The notes: generated by a model from the letters alone, not told the origin. 62,465 nucleotides of DNA from an uncultured Prevotella sp. (GCA_900543155.1 UQQN01000001.1:1-62465), one strand, 5' to 3'; positions 1 to 8,750 are shown, numbered from the stretch's first letter. Made by a program: numbers and translations.

Positions 1-2
1 AG

Positions 3-168
3 GACACGCGAACCCCTGAGCAACGTGTGGCATTGCTCGCCTTGCTAAAGCGCCTAAAAGCAAAATATCCTCACGCAAGGATTTTGGGGCACAACCATTT
101 TAACAAGGGTAAGGCTTGCCCCCTGCTTTGACGCTGCACGCGAATATGCAAGCCTTTACATTCGTTAA
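3..168 (+). pseudogene. 3' end of an N-acetylmuramoyl-L-alanine amidase (Amidase_2/T7-lysozyme-like), 5'-truncated by the window, with an apparent +1 frameshift
   Basis: Frame from nt 3 reads DTRTPEQRVALLALLKRLKAKYPHARILGHNHFNKGKACP and then stops at 129-131. The family-typical ending CFDAAREY continues in the next frame from 124 to TAA 166-168, across a C5 run (119-123). Confidence 0.75.
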
Positions 169-173
169 CTGCG

Positions 174-257
174 TTTTAAGAAATATTTCGAGTGACAAAG
201 TGACACCTAAGTTGTTAATTATCAATGATTTAATGTGTCACTTGTCACTTGTCACTT
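174..257. repeat. Dispersed element copy A: 2x GTGACA ... 30 nt ... 3x TGTCAC inverted-repeat array
   Basis: agtgacaa-agtgacac (191-206) faces gtgtcac-ttgtcac-ttgtcac (235-255). Ungapped homolog at 18527-18610. Confidence 0.8.
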
Positions 258-388
258 TTGCTTTCACCCTAAGTTTTACGTATTATATAAGATTTTTATG
301 TAGAAAAATTTGGTGGATATGAAAATAAGTTGCAATTTTACGGCGAAATTGAAGATTTCAATTTTTCATTTTTTTTAATTTAGAAGTT

Positions 389-420
389 AACCTCCCATCT
401 GTGAAGATCGGAGGTTTTTT
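389..420 (+). terminator. Rho-independent terminator-like hairpin
   Basis: aacctcc-c-atct-GTGA-agat-c-ggaggtt followed by a T-run. Confidence 0.7.
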
Positions 421-552
421 CGTTTTCTCAGTTGGCGCGTGGCAACCATGAACCCCATTGATTGCATTAAAACGGAATGAGCACGAGGGGGAGTAGGTAT
501 TCTCCCTAAATTCCGCTACTCTATCATAAAACATATAAACACTCACAAACGC

Positions 553-2964
553 ATGAATCCACTTTACACGACCTTGGTATGCTCGGTGTGCTGCATGAAT
601 GTAATGGCACAAAGCATCAATAACATAACAGGACGTGTGCAAGATGCCACAGGAGCACCTTTGCACAAAGTTGATGTTTTCCTATTTAACACTAAAGACA
701 CCGTATTGATAGGTCAAACACAATCTGACGTAAATGGTAACTTTTCATTAAAGAACGAAACAAAACTCGATGCCTTTTTGCTTGCCCAGTGCGAAGGGTT
801 CTTACCTGTAACGCAAAAGGTAGATAAAGAGATGATAGGCATTAAATTATATAAGGACATCACCCACTCTTTGGGCGAAGCCGTGGTTAGTGTCACCAAG
901 AAATCGACATTAAAACACGAAGCCGATCGTTTTATATTTACTCCAAGAGGTTTAGACCTTGAAGTGCCTACAGCCTACGATGTGCTTAAACATGTTCCTT
1001 TGCTCAATGTGGAAGGTAGTTCATTTAGTGTGATGGGCAAAGGTGCATCTACCATCTACATTAACGGACGCAAGCCCATTGAACAAGATGCTGCGTTATT
1101 AGAGAAACTGCGCAGTATTAACCCCGAACAGATTGCCAAAATCGAAATTATCACCTCGCCTGGTGCCTCAAAGAAAGCCTCAACCAAAGGTGCCATTATC
1201 AACATTATCATCAAGCGCAATGATGTGGGTTGGGCGGGTAGTTCAAACACAGAGTTAAGTTATAAGAATAAATGGTCTGAAAGCGAGAACTTAAGTTTGC
1301 GTTATGGTAAAAACAAATTTAACGCCTCAATTTACTTAAATGCTTCTAACAAACAATGGAAGTATAAAGCCATCGAAAACTTCGACTATTTAGCATTGGG
1401 CAAAAGCGTGCACAACGAATATAACAATGGTGGACGCTCTAATGCTTTGGGCGGAAGTGTGGACCTGTCATACGACTTTAATGCCTCGCACAAAATTGGT
1501 CTTTCTGGGAGTTTGAGTGCTGACTATAGCAAGGCGAACTATGGCATTTCAACAGAAACGACCCTGACTGATTTGCCCACCGCCTTATCGCGTACCGACA
1601 GAAACCAAAGTATGCCTTTCAACAAAAAGCCCGACTATGGTGTATTAGGCTATTACACATGGACTACCGACAAGAAAGGCAGCATGCTCAACATTGACAT
1701 CGACCACTCTGCCTACACTATGAAGAGAACGGCAAACTACGCATTTTCTAATTTAACAGAAGCCGAATTTGTGCCTTATAGCGTCTACCAAGAGTACCGA
1801 CGCAATGAGGCTCAAAGCACCAATGCAAAAGCGAATTACAATTGGAACATCAACGATAACAACGCATTTGAAACGGGTTACGAACTGAATGCCAGCAAAA
1901 TAACGAATCGTTACAAACGCGAAAACAACATTGTTGATCCCACTGAACCATTCACACCTGCCTACGATGGGGCATTCAGCTACAAAGAAAATGTGCAATC
2001 GCTATTTGCCAGCTACAAACGCACATGGTCGGACGTGGTGTCTTCAATCATCGGTTTGCGTGCAGAATATGCTTATCGAAAGGGGATGCAGACGTCAGAG
2101 AACGTAAACTTTAAGCACCACGAATTAGATTGGTTTCCCTCTGCCAGCTTCGATTTTGAATTTGTTGAAGATAAGCACGACCTTACCTTAGCGTATTCGC
2201 GAACTGTAGGTCGTCCGTTTATGACAACGCTCGACCCATTTCGTTATTGGAACAGCGAAACAAGCTACACCACGGGTAATCCTAATTTAAAGCCTTACTT
2301 CATAGACAATGTGGATGTTTACTACACGTTGTTCGAAGACTACATCTTCAACTTTAATTTTATCCACAGCAAAAATGACATAGCGGAATATGCTTACCAA
2401 GATGGTGCAGGACACACGCTCTCTACCTACGACAATTTTGGCAAAACATTTGACTACACACTAAGTTTTGAACTAAACAAATCGCTCTTCAACGGAGTGT
2501 GGAGAATTAAGCCTAGCATTTCGGGATGGTACACAAAAGACATAACCCAAAAGACCAATGCCGACGGCACGTCATTCGACAATTCATATTTCTCAGGTGA
2601 CATTTCATTCATCTCTACTGTGCGTTTGTCAAAACGCAAACGTTGGAATGCGGAGGTTTATGCAAGCGGTTCGACTGCCTTTAAGGGCATAGGAAAAAAC
2701 AAGGTTGCTTCTTATCACGTGTCTGGTTCATTAACCAAGATATTCGATTTTGGAGGTGTATTACAGTTCACCGCTGTCAACTTATTCGGTTCTGATATGC
2801 ACGAACGTTGGTCATACCGAACAGACTACTATGCAGTGAATAGCCGAAACATTACCAACAATCGCCTCATCATGGTTAGCTTCTCTGTTCCCTTTGGCAA
2901 AAGCCGAATCCGCGGTGCCGCCTATAAAAATAGTAATAAGCTAAATAGCAAGGTAAAATGTTAA
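553..2964 (+). CDS. Outer-membrane beta-barrel / TonB-dependent-receptor-like protein with N-terminal carboxypeptidase-regulatory-like domain
   Basis: 803 aa. Signal peptide, ITGRVQD...SDVNGNF domain, plug-like IYINGRK...KIEIITSPGA, amphipathic strands, GNPNLKP motif. Confidence 0.85.
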   Translation: MNPLYTTLVCSVCCMNVMAQSINNITGRVQDATGAPLHKVDVFLFNTKDTVLIGQTQSDVNGNFSLKNETKLDAFLLAQCEGFLPVTQKVDKEMIGIKLYKDITHSLGEAVVSVTKKSTLKHEADRFIFTPRGLDLEVPTAYDVLKHVPLLNVEGSSFSVMGKGASTIYINGRKPIEQDAALLEKLRSINPEQIAKIEIITSPGASKKASTKGAIINIIIKRNDVGWAGSSNTELSYKNKWSESENLSLRYGKNKFNASIYLNASNKQWKYKAIENFDYLALGKSVHNEYNNGGRSNALGGSVDLSYDFNASHKIGLSGSLSADYSKANYGISTETTLTDLPTALSRTDRNQSMPFNKKPDYGVLGYYTWTTDKKGSMLNIDIDHSAYTMKRTANYAFSNLTEAEFVPYSVYQEYRRNEAQSTNAKANYNWNINDNNAFETGYELNASKITNRYKRENNIVDPTEPFTPAYDGAFSYKENVQSLFASYKRTWSDVVSSIIGLRAEYAYRKGMQTSENVNFKHHELDWFPSASFDFEFVEDKHDLTLAYSRTVGRPFMTTLDPFRYWNSETSYTTGNPNLKPYFIDNVDVYYTLFEDYIFNFNFIHSKNDIAEYAYQDGAGHTLSTYDNFGKTFDYTLSFELNKSLFNGVWRIKPSISGWYTKDITQKTNADGTSFDNSYFSGDISFISTVRLSKRKRWNAEVYASGSTAFKGIGKNKVASYHVSGSLTKIFDFGGVLQFTAVNLFGSDMHERWSYRTDYYAVNSRNITNNRLIMVSFSVPFGKSRIRGAAYKNSNKLNSKVKC

Positions 2965-2972
2965 GTATTAAG

Positions 2973-3298
2973 TTTTCGGATTTAGTCAAGACGCCCTGAA
3001 TTATCGTGCAAACCGAATGCAATCAAGCTTGCTTGAATTGCTGAGGTGCAGCCGATAATGCACGCCCTGAAAGGGCAGCAGCGCCTAGCCCAGGGCAAGC
3101 GAAGCGACACCCTGGGTTACGAATTGCCATAGCATTGACGCCCTGTAAGGGCAAAAGCATTCGGTGTTGAATAATTTATTTAAAGCTTCTGCCCTTACAG
3201 GGCGACACTAACGAACGTACTTTGACCCAGGGTATCGCTTCGCTTGCCCTGGGCTATGTGCTGTTGCCCCTTCAGGGCGTCTTGACTGAATCCGAAAA
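2973..3298. mobile_element. Non-autonomous MITE/REPIN-like palindromic element between convergent genes
   Basis: 28-bp terminal inverted repeats (2973-3000 / 3271-3298, 1 mismatch). Internal paired arms cgccctg(a/t)aagggc and cccagggcaagcgaagcga. Flanked by a TTAAG direct repeat (2968-2972, 3299-3303). Confidence 0.7.
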
Positions 3299-3303
3299 TT
3301 AAG

Positions 3304-5265
3304 TTATTTATCTTTTGTCATTCCATGCTGCACCATATACTCGGTTGTTTGGAGCAAGGGGAAAACATAGGACTTGAGTTGCTGAAAATCGGGACCAAAG
3401 GTTGCAGGGCGCGGTTTGCCATTGGGCGCAAGATGATAACAATATTCGCGCTGATCCTCGGCATTATACACATAGAGGGCAGTGGCGTTGCGAGCAGCAA
3501 TGGTTTTGTCGGCTGTGTAGAAAGCTGCAGGACGCGGTGCATCGTGCAGGAGGTCGAGACCAAAGTTGTTTTGCACATAGGGTTGGCGCAAAAGTCCTAA
3601 GATGGTGGGTGCCACGTCTACTTGTCCGGTAAACTGGGTGCGCTGCTCGGGCTTTAACCACGAGGCATGGAAGATGAGCGGGATGTGATTGAACGACTCG
3701 GGCAACTCACAATCTGCCTGTCCCACCATTTTGCCATGATCGCCCAAGAATACAAAAAGCGTGTTTTTTGCCCACGGCTCTTTCTGCACCTCGCGCATAA
3801 AGGCTCCGATGCAATGGTCGGCATAACGCACAATTTGCTGTTCGGGGGTGAGTTTGGGGTCGTTGAACGCTTGGGGGATGACGTAAGGCGGATGGTTGCT
3901 TATGGTGAGCAAGGTGGCAAAGAAGGGACGATGTTGGGCTGCATGACGACGCAACACGGGGAGGGCGTAGGTGAAGAGGTAATCGTCGGGTACGCCAAAA
4001 TGATTGACTACCTTTTCGCGCGGATAATTCTCTTGTGCATAGATTTCGTCGTAGCCATTGGTGCGAAGAAAGGCATTCATATTGTCGTATTGACTCTCGT
4101 GCGTCATAAAGAACATTGTGCTGTAGCCTGCTTTTTGCAACACAGTGGGCAACCCTGAGTATACGGGTATGCTGGTTCCCTTCATGGCATTGCGAAACAT
4201 AATAGAGGGGAATGAATAGAGCGTGGCATAGAGTCCGTGGTTGGTGTGGTTGCCTGCCGAATAGCAATTAGAAAAGCTCAGGGAGTGGTGGTAGAGCGAA
4301 TCTAAATTAGGGGTTAGTGCATGGGGATTGCCAAAGGCGCCCATGAGTTTGGCTGACATGGATTCCATTAACACTACTACCACATTTTGACGAGTGGGTT
4401 TGCCCTCGGGACGCACTTGACGGGCGATAGGCGAGAGTCCGTCAATGCCCTTTCTGCCATAGAGTTGCTGCACTTGTGCCACGGCTTGTGCTGGGGGCAT
4501 GAGGTGGAGGGTGCGATTTTCGGGACGCATGGCATCGAGTGTGCTGTTTAGCAAGCTGAACATGGGGTTGACACCTACGTTATTGAGCACCGGACTGGTG
4601 CAGAAATAGGCTGCGCTCACCTTGATGGGGTTGTAACCCAAACGTCCGCGTATGCCTAAGAAGCAAGCCCCTAACAGCACCAATGTGAGGGGAAGGGTGA
4701 GGAGTTTTTGGCGAAGTGGGTAAGCCGTAGTTGACACTGCGCGGAGTTGGCTTGCGATGTATTGCTTGCGCAAGAAACGAAGCATCCAAACAAATGCTGC
4801 AATGGCTATGAAATAGCAGGCTATGTAGAGGTAGTAGGAGGCTTCGCCAAATATCATACCTAAGGTGGTGCCACCATATTCTGCCCAATTCCAGATGGAG
4901 GCATTGAGCATTTTGGTGAAGTAGTTGAAGTAGGGAATATTGCCTGCCTCTGCCATGAACACAAGGGCATAGAACACGCCATACCACACATTAAGGGCTC
5001 GGTATATCCAATGCTTCGACCACCCTACCCCTGCCATTACGCAAACTACAACGAGGGGAAGGGCGGTGACGTAACAGGCTATGACGTTGTCGAACCACAC
5101 GCCACGTAAAAAAGCGGTGGCGATAAGGTGGGGCTGACCTGACACATCGGGGGTGAGTTGGTGTGCCACTGTGAAATAGAACACAAGGCGGAACAGACTC
5201 ATTATGACCAATGCCACTACATGCACTAATAGCACATAACTGAGGGGTTTGAGATATTGCTTCAT
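3304..5265 (-). CDS. LTA synthase family / sulfatase-like membrane phosphoglycerol transferase
   Basis: N-terminal TM helices, then NVVVVLMESMS, TISNHPPY, FLGDHG, QVDVAPT. Start placed at ATG 5265 (MKQYLK) rather than GTG 5328, which lies in a terminator hairpin. Confidence 0.88.
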   Translation of the reverse strand: MKQYLKPLSYVLLVHVVALVIMSLFRLVFYFTVAHQLTPDVSGQPHLIATAFLRGVWFDNVIACYVTALPLVVVCVMAGVGWSKHWIYRALNVWYGVFYALVFMAEAGNIPYFNYFTKMLNASIWNWAEYGGTTLGMIFGEASYYLYIACYFIAIAAFVWMLRFLRKQYIASQLRAVSTTAYPLRQKLLTLPLTLVLLGACFLGIRGRLGYNPIKVSAAYFCTSPVLNNVGVNPMFSLLNSTLDAMRPENRTLHLMPPAQAVAQVQQLYGRKGIDGLSPIARQVRPEGKPTRQNVVVVLMESMSAKLMGAFGNPHALTPNLDSLYHHSLSFSNCYSAGNHTNHGLYATLYSFPSIMFRNAMKGTSIPVYSGLPTVLQKAGYSTMFFMTHESQYDNMNAFLRTNGYDEIYAQENYPREKVVNHFGVPDDYLFTYALPVLRRHAAQHRPFFATLLTISNHPPYVIPQAFNDPKLTPEQQIVRYADHCIGAFMREVQKEPWAKNTLFVFLGDHGKMVGQADCELPESFNHIPLIFHASWLKPEQRTQFTGQVDVAPTILGLLRQPYVQNNFGLDLLHDAPRPAAFYTADKTIAARNATALYVYNAEDQREYCYHLAPNGKPRPATFGPDFQQLKSYVFPLLQTTEYMVQHGMTKDK

Positions 5266-5297
5266 TTTTTCGGGGAAATAAGGAACTAAAGAACAAT

Positions 5298-5342
5298 GAA
5301 AATCGGATTTAGCAAGAGGACGAGCCACTTGCCAAATCCGAT
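5298..5342 (-). terminator. Terminator-like hairpin downstream of the GH20 gene
   Basis: atcggatttagcaag ... cttgccaaatccgat inverted repeat with a short T-run on the minus strand. Confidence 0.55.
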
Positions 5343-5410
5343 GTAATGACTCACAAGGCGCAAATTGCCTTGCAATTATACATTATACCTTGTACATTAT
5401 ACATTATCTT

Positions 5411-7582
5411 CTAGTATTGCATGGAGAAGGTTATGCCACGGCGCATCATGTCCTTTAATACGGGCGAAAGACGCTTGAGGAAGCCGTCCCACGAACGCAC
5501 ATTATTAGGACTCCATCCCACCTCTGAGAGTGCCAAGGCACGCGGATAGGCTTGGTAGTAAATGCGCTCAGGGCTATTGATACACTCACTCCAAAGTGTT
5601 CCGGCAACACCAAAGAGATTGTTCTTCTCAAACTCAGGACCCATGCCCCATGAGGGATCAAGTTCATAGCTACGCTTGAGGGTAATAATAGGCATACCCC
5701 AGTTTACCTCGGGCATATCGCCCCCCTTCATAGGATAGTCGAGGTAACAGTGTTCGCCAGGACAAAGCATAATTTTGGCATTGTTTGCCACGGCTGCTTC
5801 AAGCGCACGCTTAGTAAGTCCATGACGCCAAGAGAAGGTTACGCAACCAGGCTGAATCTTCTTAAAGTCGGTTTCGTACCAGAACATGGGGGTTTTGTTA
5901 TACTTGGTGCGCAAGGTGTCAATTACACGATTAAACATGTACTCTTGCAAACGCCAATTCTCTGAGCGGTCGGTGGTGGTAATGCCGAGTTCTTTCTTTA
6001 ATGCCTTGCAGCTGTCGCAGTGTGTCCAACAGTCGAGAGCGGGATTACCAGCCTCATCACCTCCTAAGTGGATGTAGGGTGAGGGGAAGATGTCTGCCAA
6101 TTCGCGGAATACGTTACCCAAGAATTCGAAAGTAAACTCGCTACCAGGGCAGAGCAGATTGTCGGACACGCCACAGGTGGTGCGGATGGGTACTTGCTTT
6201 TTGCCACAAGTGAGTTCGGGGAATACGTGAATGGCTGCTACTTCGTGACCAGGCATTTCGATTTCGGGAACTACTTGCACATGATATTGTGCAGCATAGG
6301 CTACGAACTCGCGCATTTGCTCTTGGGTGTAGTATCCAGAGATGGGTACTAACATATCGTCCATACCTACACGCGAAGAGGCTTTTGCAGTGAGCTCAGG
6401 ATATTTTTTGATTTCGATTCGCCATGCTTGGTCGTCGGTGAGGTGAAGGTGAATGGTGTTGTATTTGTAACGTGCCATTTCGGGTACAAATGCCTTGAGG
6501 TCTTCGAAGGGGATGAAAGTGCGACAAGGGTCGAGCATCAACTCACGGATGTGGGTGCGGGGTGCATCTTCGATGCAGAGTTGAGGAATTGCCTCGCAAC
6601 AAGCTGAGGTACCATCGCCACGCATGAGTTGGTCGAGGGTCATTAAGCCATAGAACACGCCTTGGGCGGTTTTGCCTTGAATTTCTACGCCTTTTTCATT
6701 GATTTGCAACACGTAGGCTTCAGAGTCGTCGAGGGTTTTGTCGATGCCTAATGTAATTGTGGCACGACCTGCGAGTTTGGGATTCTTTACCTTAGGTAAG
6801 CGTTCGCGCAAGATACGCTCTGCTTGCATACATTCGTTTGCCAAACCTTCGGCGGCTATCACCTCCCACACTTTGTTAAGGCTGAGTGGTGAACCGTCTA
6901 ATACTTTTAAGCTAACGGGTTGGGGCAAGAGAACCTCGGCGGGGTTGCAAAGGCGGTTTTGATTTTCGGGGGTGCTAAAGAAACGACTCCAACCTGCTGC
7001 CTTGCGATATTTGAGTTCACTGCCACGAGGCACAATGAGTTTTACTTTTTTACGATCGATACCCTCGAATGCTGATACGGCAGCTACAGGAGGTTCGGCT
7101 GCATTGACACGAACGGTGCGCAACCCTTTTAAGCGAGCAAAAGAAAATTCACCCAACATGGGAGTACCCTCGATTGTAATTTCTTTTAGGTTCTCGCAAC
7201 TTGAAAAGGCTGCATCGCCTACTCGAGTTACCGACTTGGGCAAGGTGATTTTACGAAGTGAGTGACATGCATAGAATGCCTGCGAACCTATGCTCTTTAC
7301 TTGTGTGGGGAGCACGATGCTCTCGAGCACAGGACGAGAGTGGAAGGCATTATTGGGGATGACTTCGCAATCTGCCATGCTGAGGTCGACATGGCGGAGT
7401 TGATAACAGAGGTCGCGCAACTGACGAAAGTCGGAGTTGCCACTCGTAGAGAGTTGACCTGTAAGTTTTAGGTCGGTTGCTGCAGCTTTTTGCTCAGGCT
7501 TGAGGTCGTTCATACGAACCACAGTCTGTGCCGAGAGCGAGAGTGAAAGTACGCTGGCTGCAAGGGTTAGGAATAATTTCAT
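5411..7582 (-). CDS. GH20 beta-N-acetylhexosaminidase with N-terminal BspA-type leucine-rich repeats (LRR_5)
   Basis: Signal peptide. LRR_5 units (LESIVLPTQVKSIGSQAFYACHSLRKITLPKSVTRVGDAAFSSC). GH20 motifs HLHLTDDQAWR, PEIEMPGH, HLGGDE, LWSE. Confidence 0.92.
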   Translation of the reverse strand: MKLFLTLAASVLSLSLSAQTVVRMNDLKPEQKAAATDLKLTGQLSTSGNSDFRQLRDLCYQLRHVDLSMADCEVIPNNAFHSRPVLESIVLPTQVKSIGSQAFYACHSLRKITLPKSVTRVGDAAFSSCENLKEITIEGTPMLGEFSFARLKGLRTVRVNAAEPPVAAVSAFEGIDRKKVKLIVPRGSELKYRKAAGWSRFFSTPENQNRLCNPAEVLLPQPVSLKVLDGSPLSLNKVWEVIAAEGLANECMQAERILRERLPKVKNPKLAGRATITLGIDKTLDDSEAYVLQINEKGVEIQGKTAQGVFYGLMTLDQLMRGDGTSACCEAIPQLCIEDAPRTHIRELMLDPCRTFIPFEDLKAFVPEMARYKYNTIHLHLTDDQAWRIEIKKYPELTAKASSRVGMDDMLVPISGYYTQEQMREFVAYAAQYHVQVVPEIEMPGHEVAAIHVFPELTCGKKQVPIRTTCGVSDNLLCPGSEFTFEFLGNVFRELADIFPSPYIHLGGDEAGNPALDCWTHCDSCKALKKELGITTTDRSENWRLQEYMFNRVIDTLRTKYNKTPMFWYETDFKKIQPGCVTFSWRHGLTKRALEAAVANNAKIMLCPGEHCYLDYPMKGGDMPEVNWGMPIITLKRSYELDPSWGMGPEFEKNNLFGVAGTLWSECINSPERIYYQAYPRALALSEVGWSPNNVRSWDGFLKRLSPVLKDMMRRGITFSMQY

Positions 7583-7676
7583 AGTTGATTTATTGAAAAG
7601 GGAGTTATTGAAGAAGTTAGGGGGAGTTATTGAGGGGAAGTTTTGGAAAGTTATTGAAGAGAAGATTTCCCAACCC

Positions 7677-8090
7677 TTAAAAACTAATTACGCGACTACC
7701 ATCTTCTTGTTCTTCAATTGTCACTTTCACGGCATCGCCAGGAAGGACCTCTTCAATAAGTTCGGGCCATTCTATGAAGCATACGGCACCTGAGTAGAAG
7801 TAATCTTCGTAGCCCATATCGTATACCTCATCGAGTTTTTTAATGCGGTAAAAATCGAAGTGGTAAATAAGTTCGCCTGTATTGTCTGAGCGATACTCAT
7901 TGACAATGCTAAAGGTGGGCGAGTTGACCACATCGGTCACACCGAGCGCCTCGCACACTGCCTTAATAAAAGTGGTTTTGCCTGCACCCATCTTGCCATA
8001 AAAAGCAAAAACAGTGTTTTGGTCCATAGCCTCAATAAAAGCTTTGGCTGCAGCAGGCATATCTGCCAAACTATTTATCTTAATTTCCAT
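7677..8090 (-). CDS. tsaE: tRNA threonylcarbamoyladenosine biosynthesis ATPase TsaE
   Basis: [31 protein letters not shown]. Confidence 0.97.
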   Translation of the reverse strand: MEIKINSLADMPAAAKAFIEAMDQNTVFAFYGKMGAGKTTFIKAVCEALGVTDVVNSPTFSIVNEYRSDNTGELIYHFDFYRIKKLDEVYDMGYEDYFYSGAVCFIEWPELIEEVLPGDAVKVTIEEQEDGSRVISF

Positions 8091-8141
8091 TTTCTAAAAT
8101 TATTCTATTTAAGAGATTCTCTAATCTGTGCGTTTTTACAC

Positions 8142-8735
8142 TTACTGCACGTTTAAAAATTTAAGCAACATATTCACGCTCTCTTCAAGAGGCATTTTTG
8201 AAGTATCAATGCTTAAAGCTGGATGTTTGGGAGCCTCAAAAGGTGCCGAAATACCAGTAAAGTTTTTCACTTCACCACGGCGAGCACGGGCATAAAGACC
8301 TTTTACGTCGCGACGCTCACACTCTTCAATCGGTGTAGAGATGAATATTTCCTTAAAATCGTCCTTACCAATGATGTTTTCTGCCAACTGACGAAGTTCC
8401 TCGGTAGGACTCACAAAGGCTGCTATGGTGATAATACCCGTATCGACAAAGAGTTTTGCCACTTCTGCTACACGACGAATATTTTCGCGACGATCTTCCT
8501 CTGAAAAACCTAAATTGGCATTGATGCCCATACGAATATTGTCGCCATCGAGTATACGACAAAGCAGTCCACGCTTATGCAATTCACGTTCAAGGGCAAT
8601 AGCCACAGTGCTTTTACCACTTCCACTGAGTCCAGTAAACCAAAGCATCACACCACGCTGATGGAGCAAAGCTTCCTTGTCCTGACGCGAAAGCATACGG
8701 TCGAATATAGGGTAGATATTTTCTTGATTACTCAT
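8142..8735 (-). CDS. cysC: Adenylyl-sulfate kinase
   Basis: WFTGLSGSGKST, LDGDNIR, RDVKGLY, FTGISAPFEAP. Confidence 0.97.
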   Translation of the reverse strand: MSNQENIYPIFDRMLSRQDKEALLHQRGVMLWFTGLSGSGKSTVAIALERELHKRGLLCRILDGDNIRMGINANLGFSEEDRRENIRRVAEVAKLFVDTGIITIAAFVSPTEELRQLAENIIGKDDFKEIFISTPIEECERRDVKGLYARARRGEVKNFTGISAPFEAPKHPALSIDTSKMPLEESVNMLLKFLNVQ

Positions 8736-8742
8736 AATGCTG

Positions 8743-8750
8743 CAAAGATA
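8743..8750 (-). promoter_or_regulatory. Bacteroidetes -7 promoter box for cysC
   Basis: TATCTTTG (TAnnTTTG) ending 7 nt upstream of the ATG. Confidence 0.6.

Noticed and set aside
116..666. ORFs 116-322 (+) and 358-666 (-)
   Set aside because: They run through the amidase end, the TGACA element and a terminator, and have no coding-like composition.
5376..5407. ATTATAC 7-mer repeats after the GH20 stop
   Set aside because: Short and AT-rich with no clear inverted arm; too weak to call separately.
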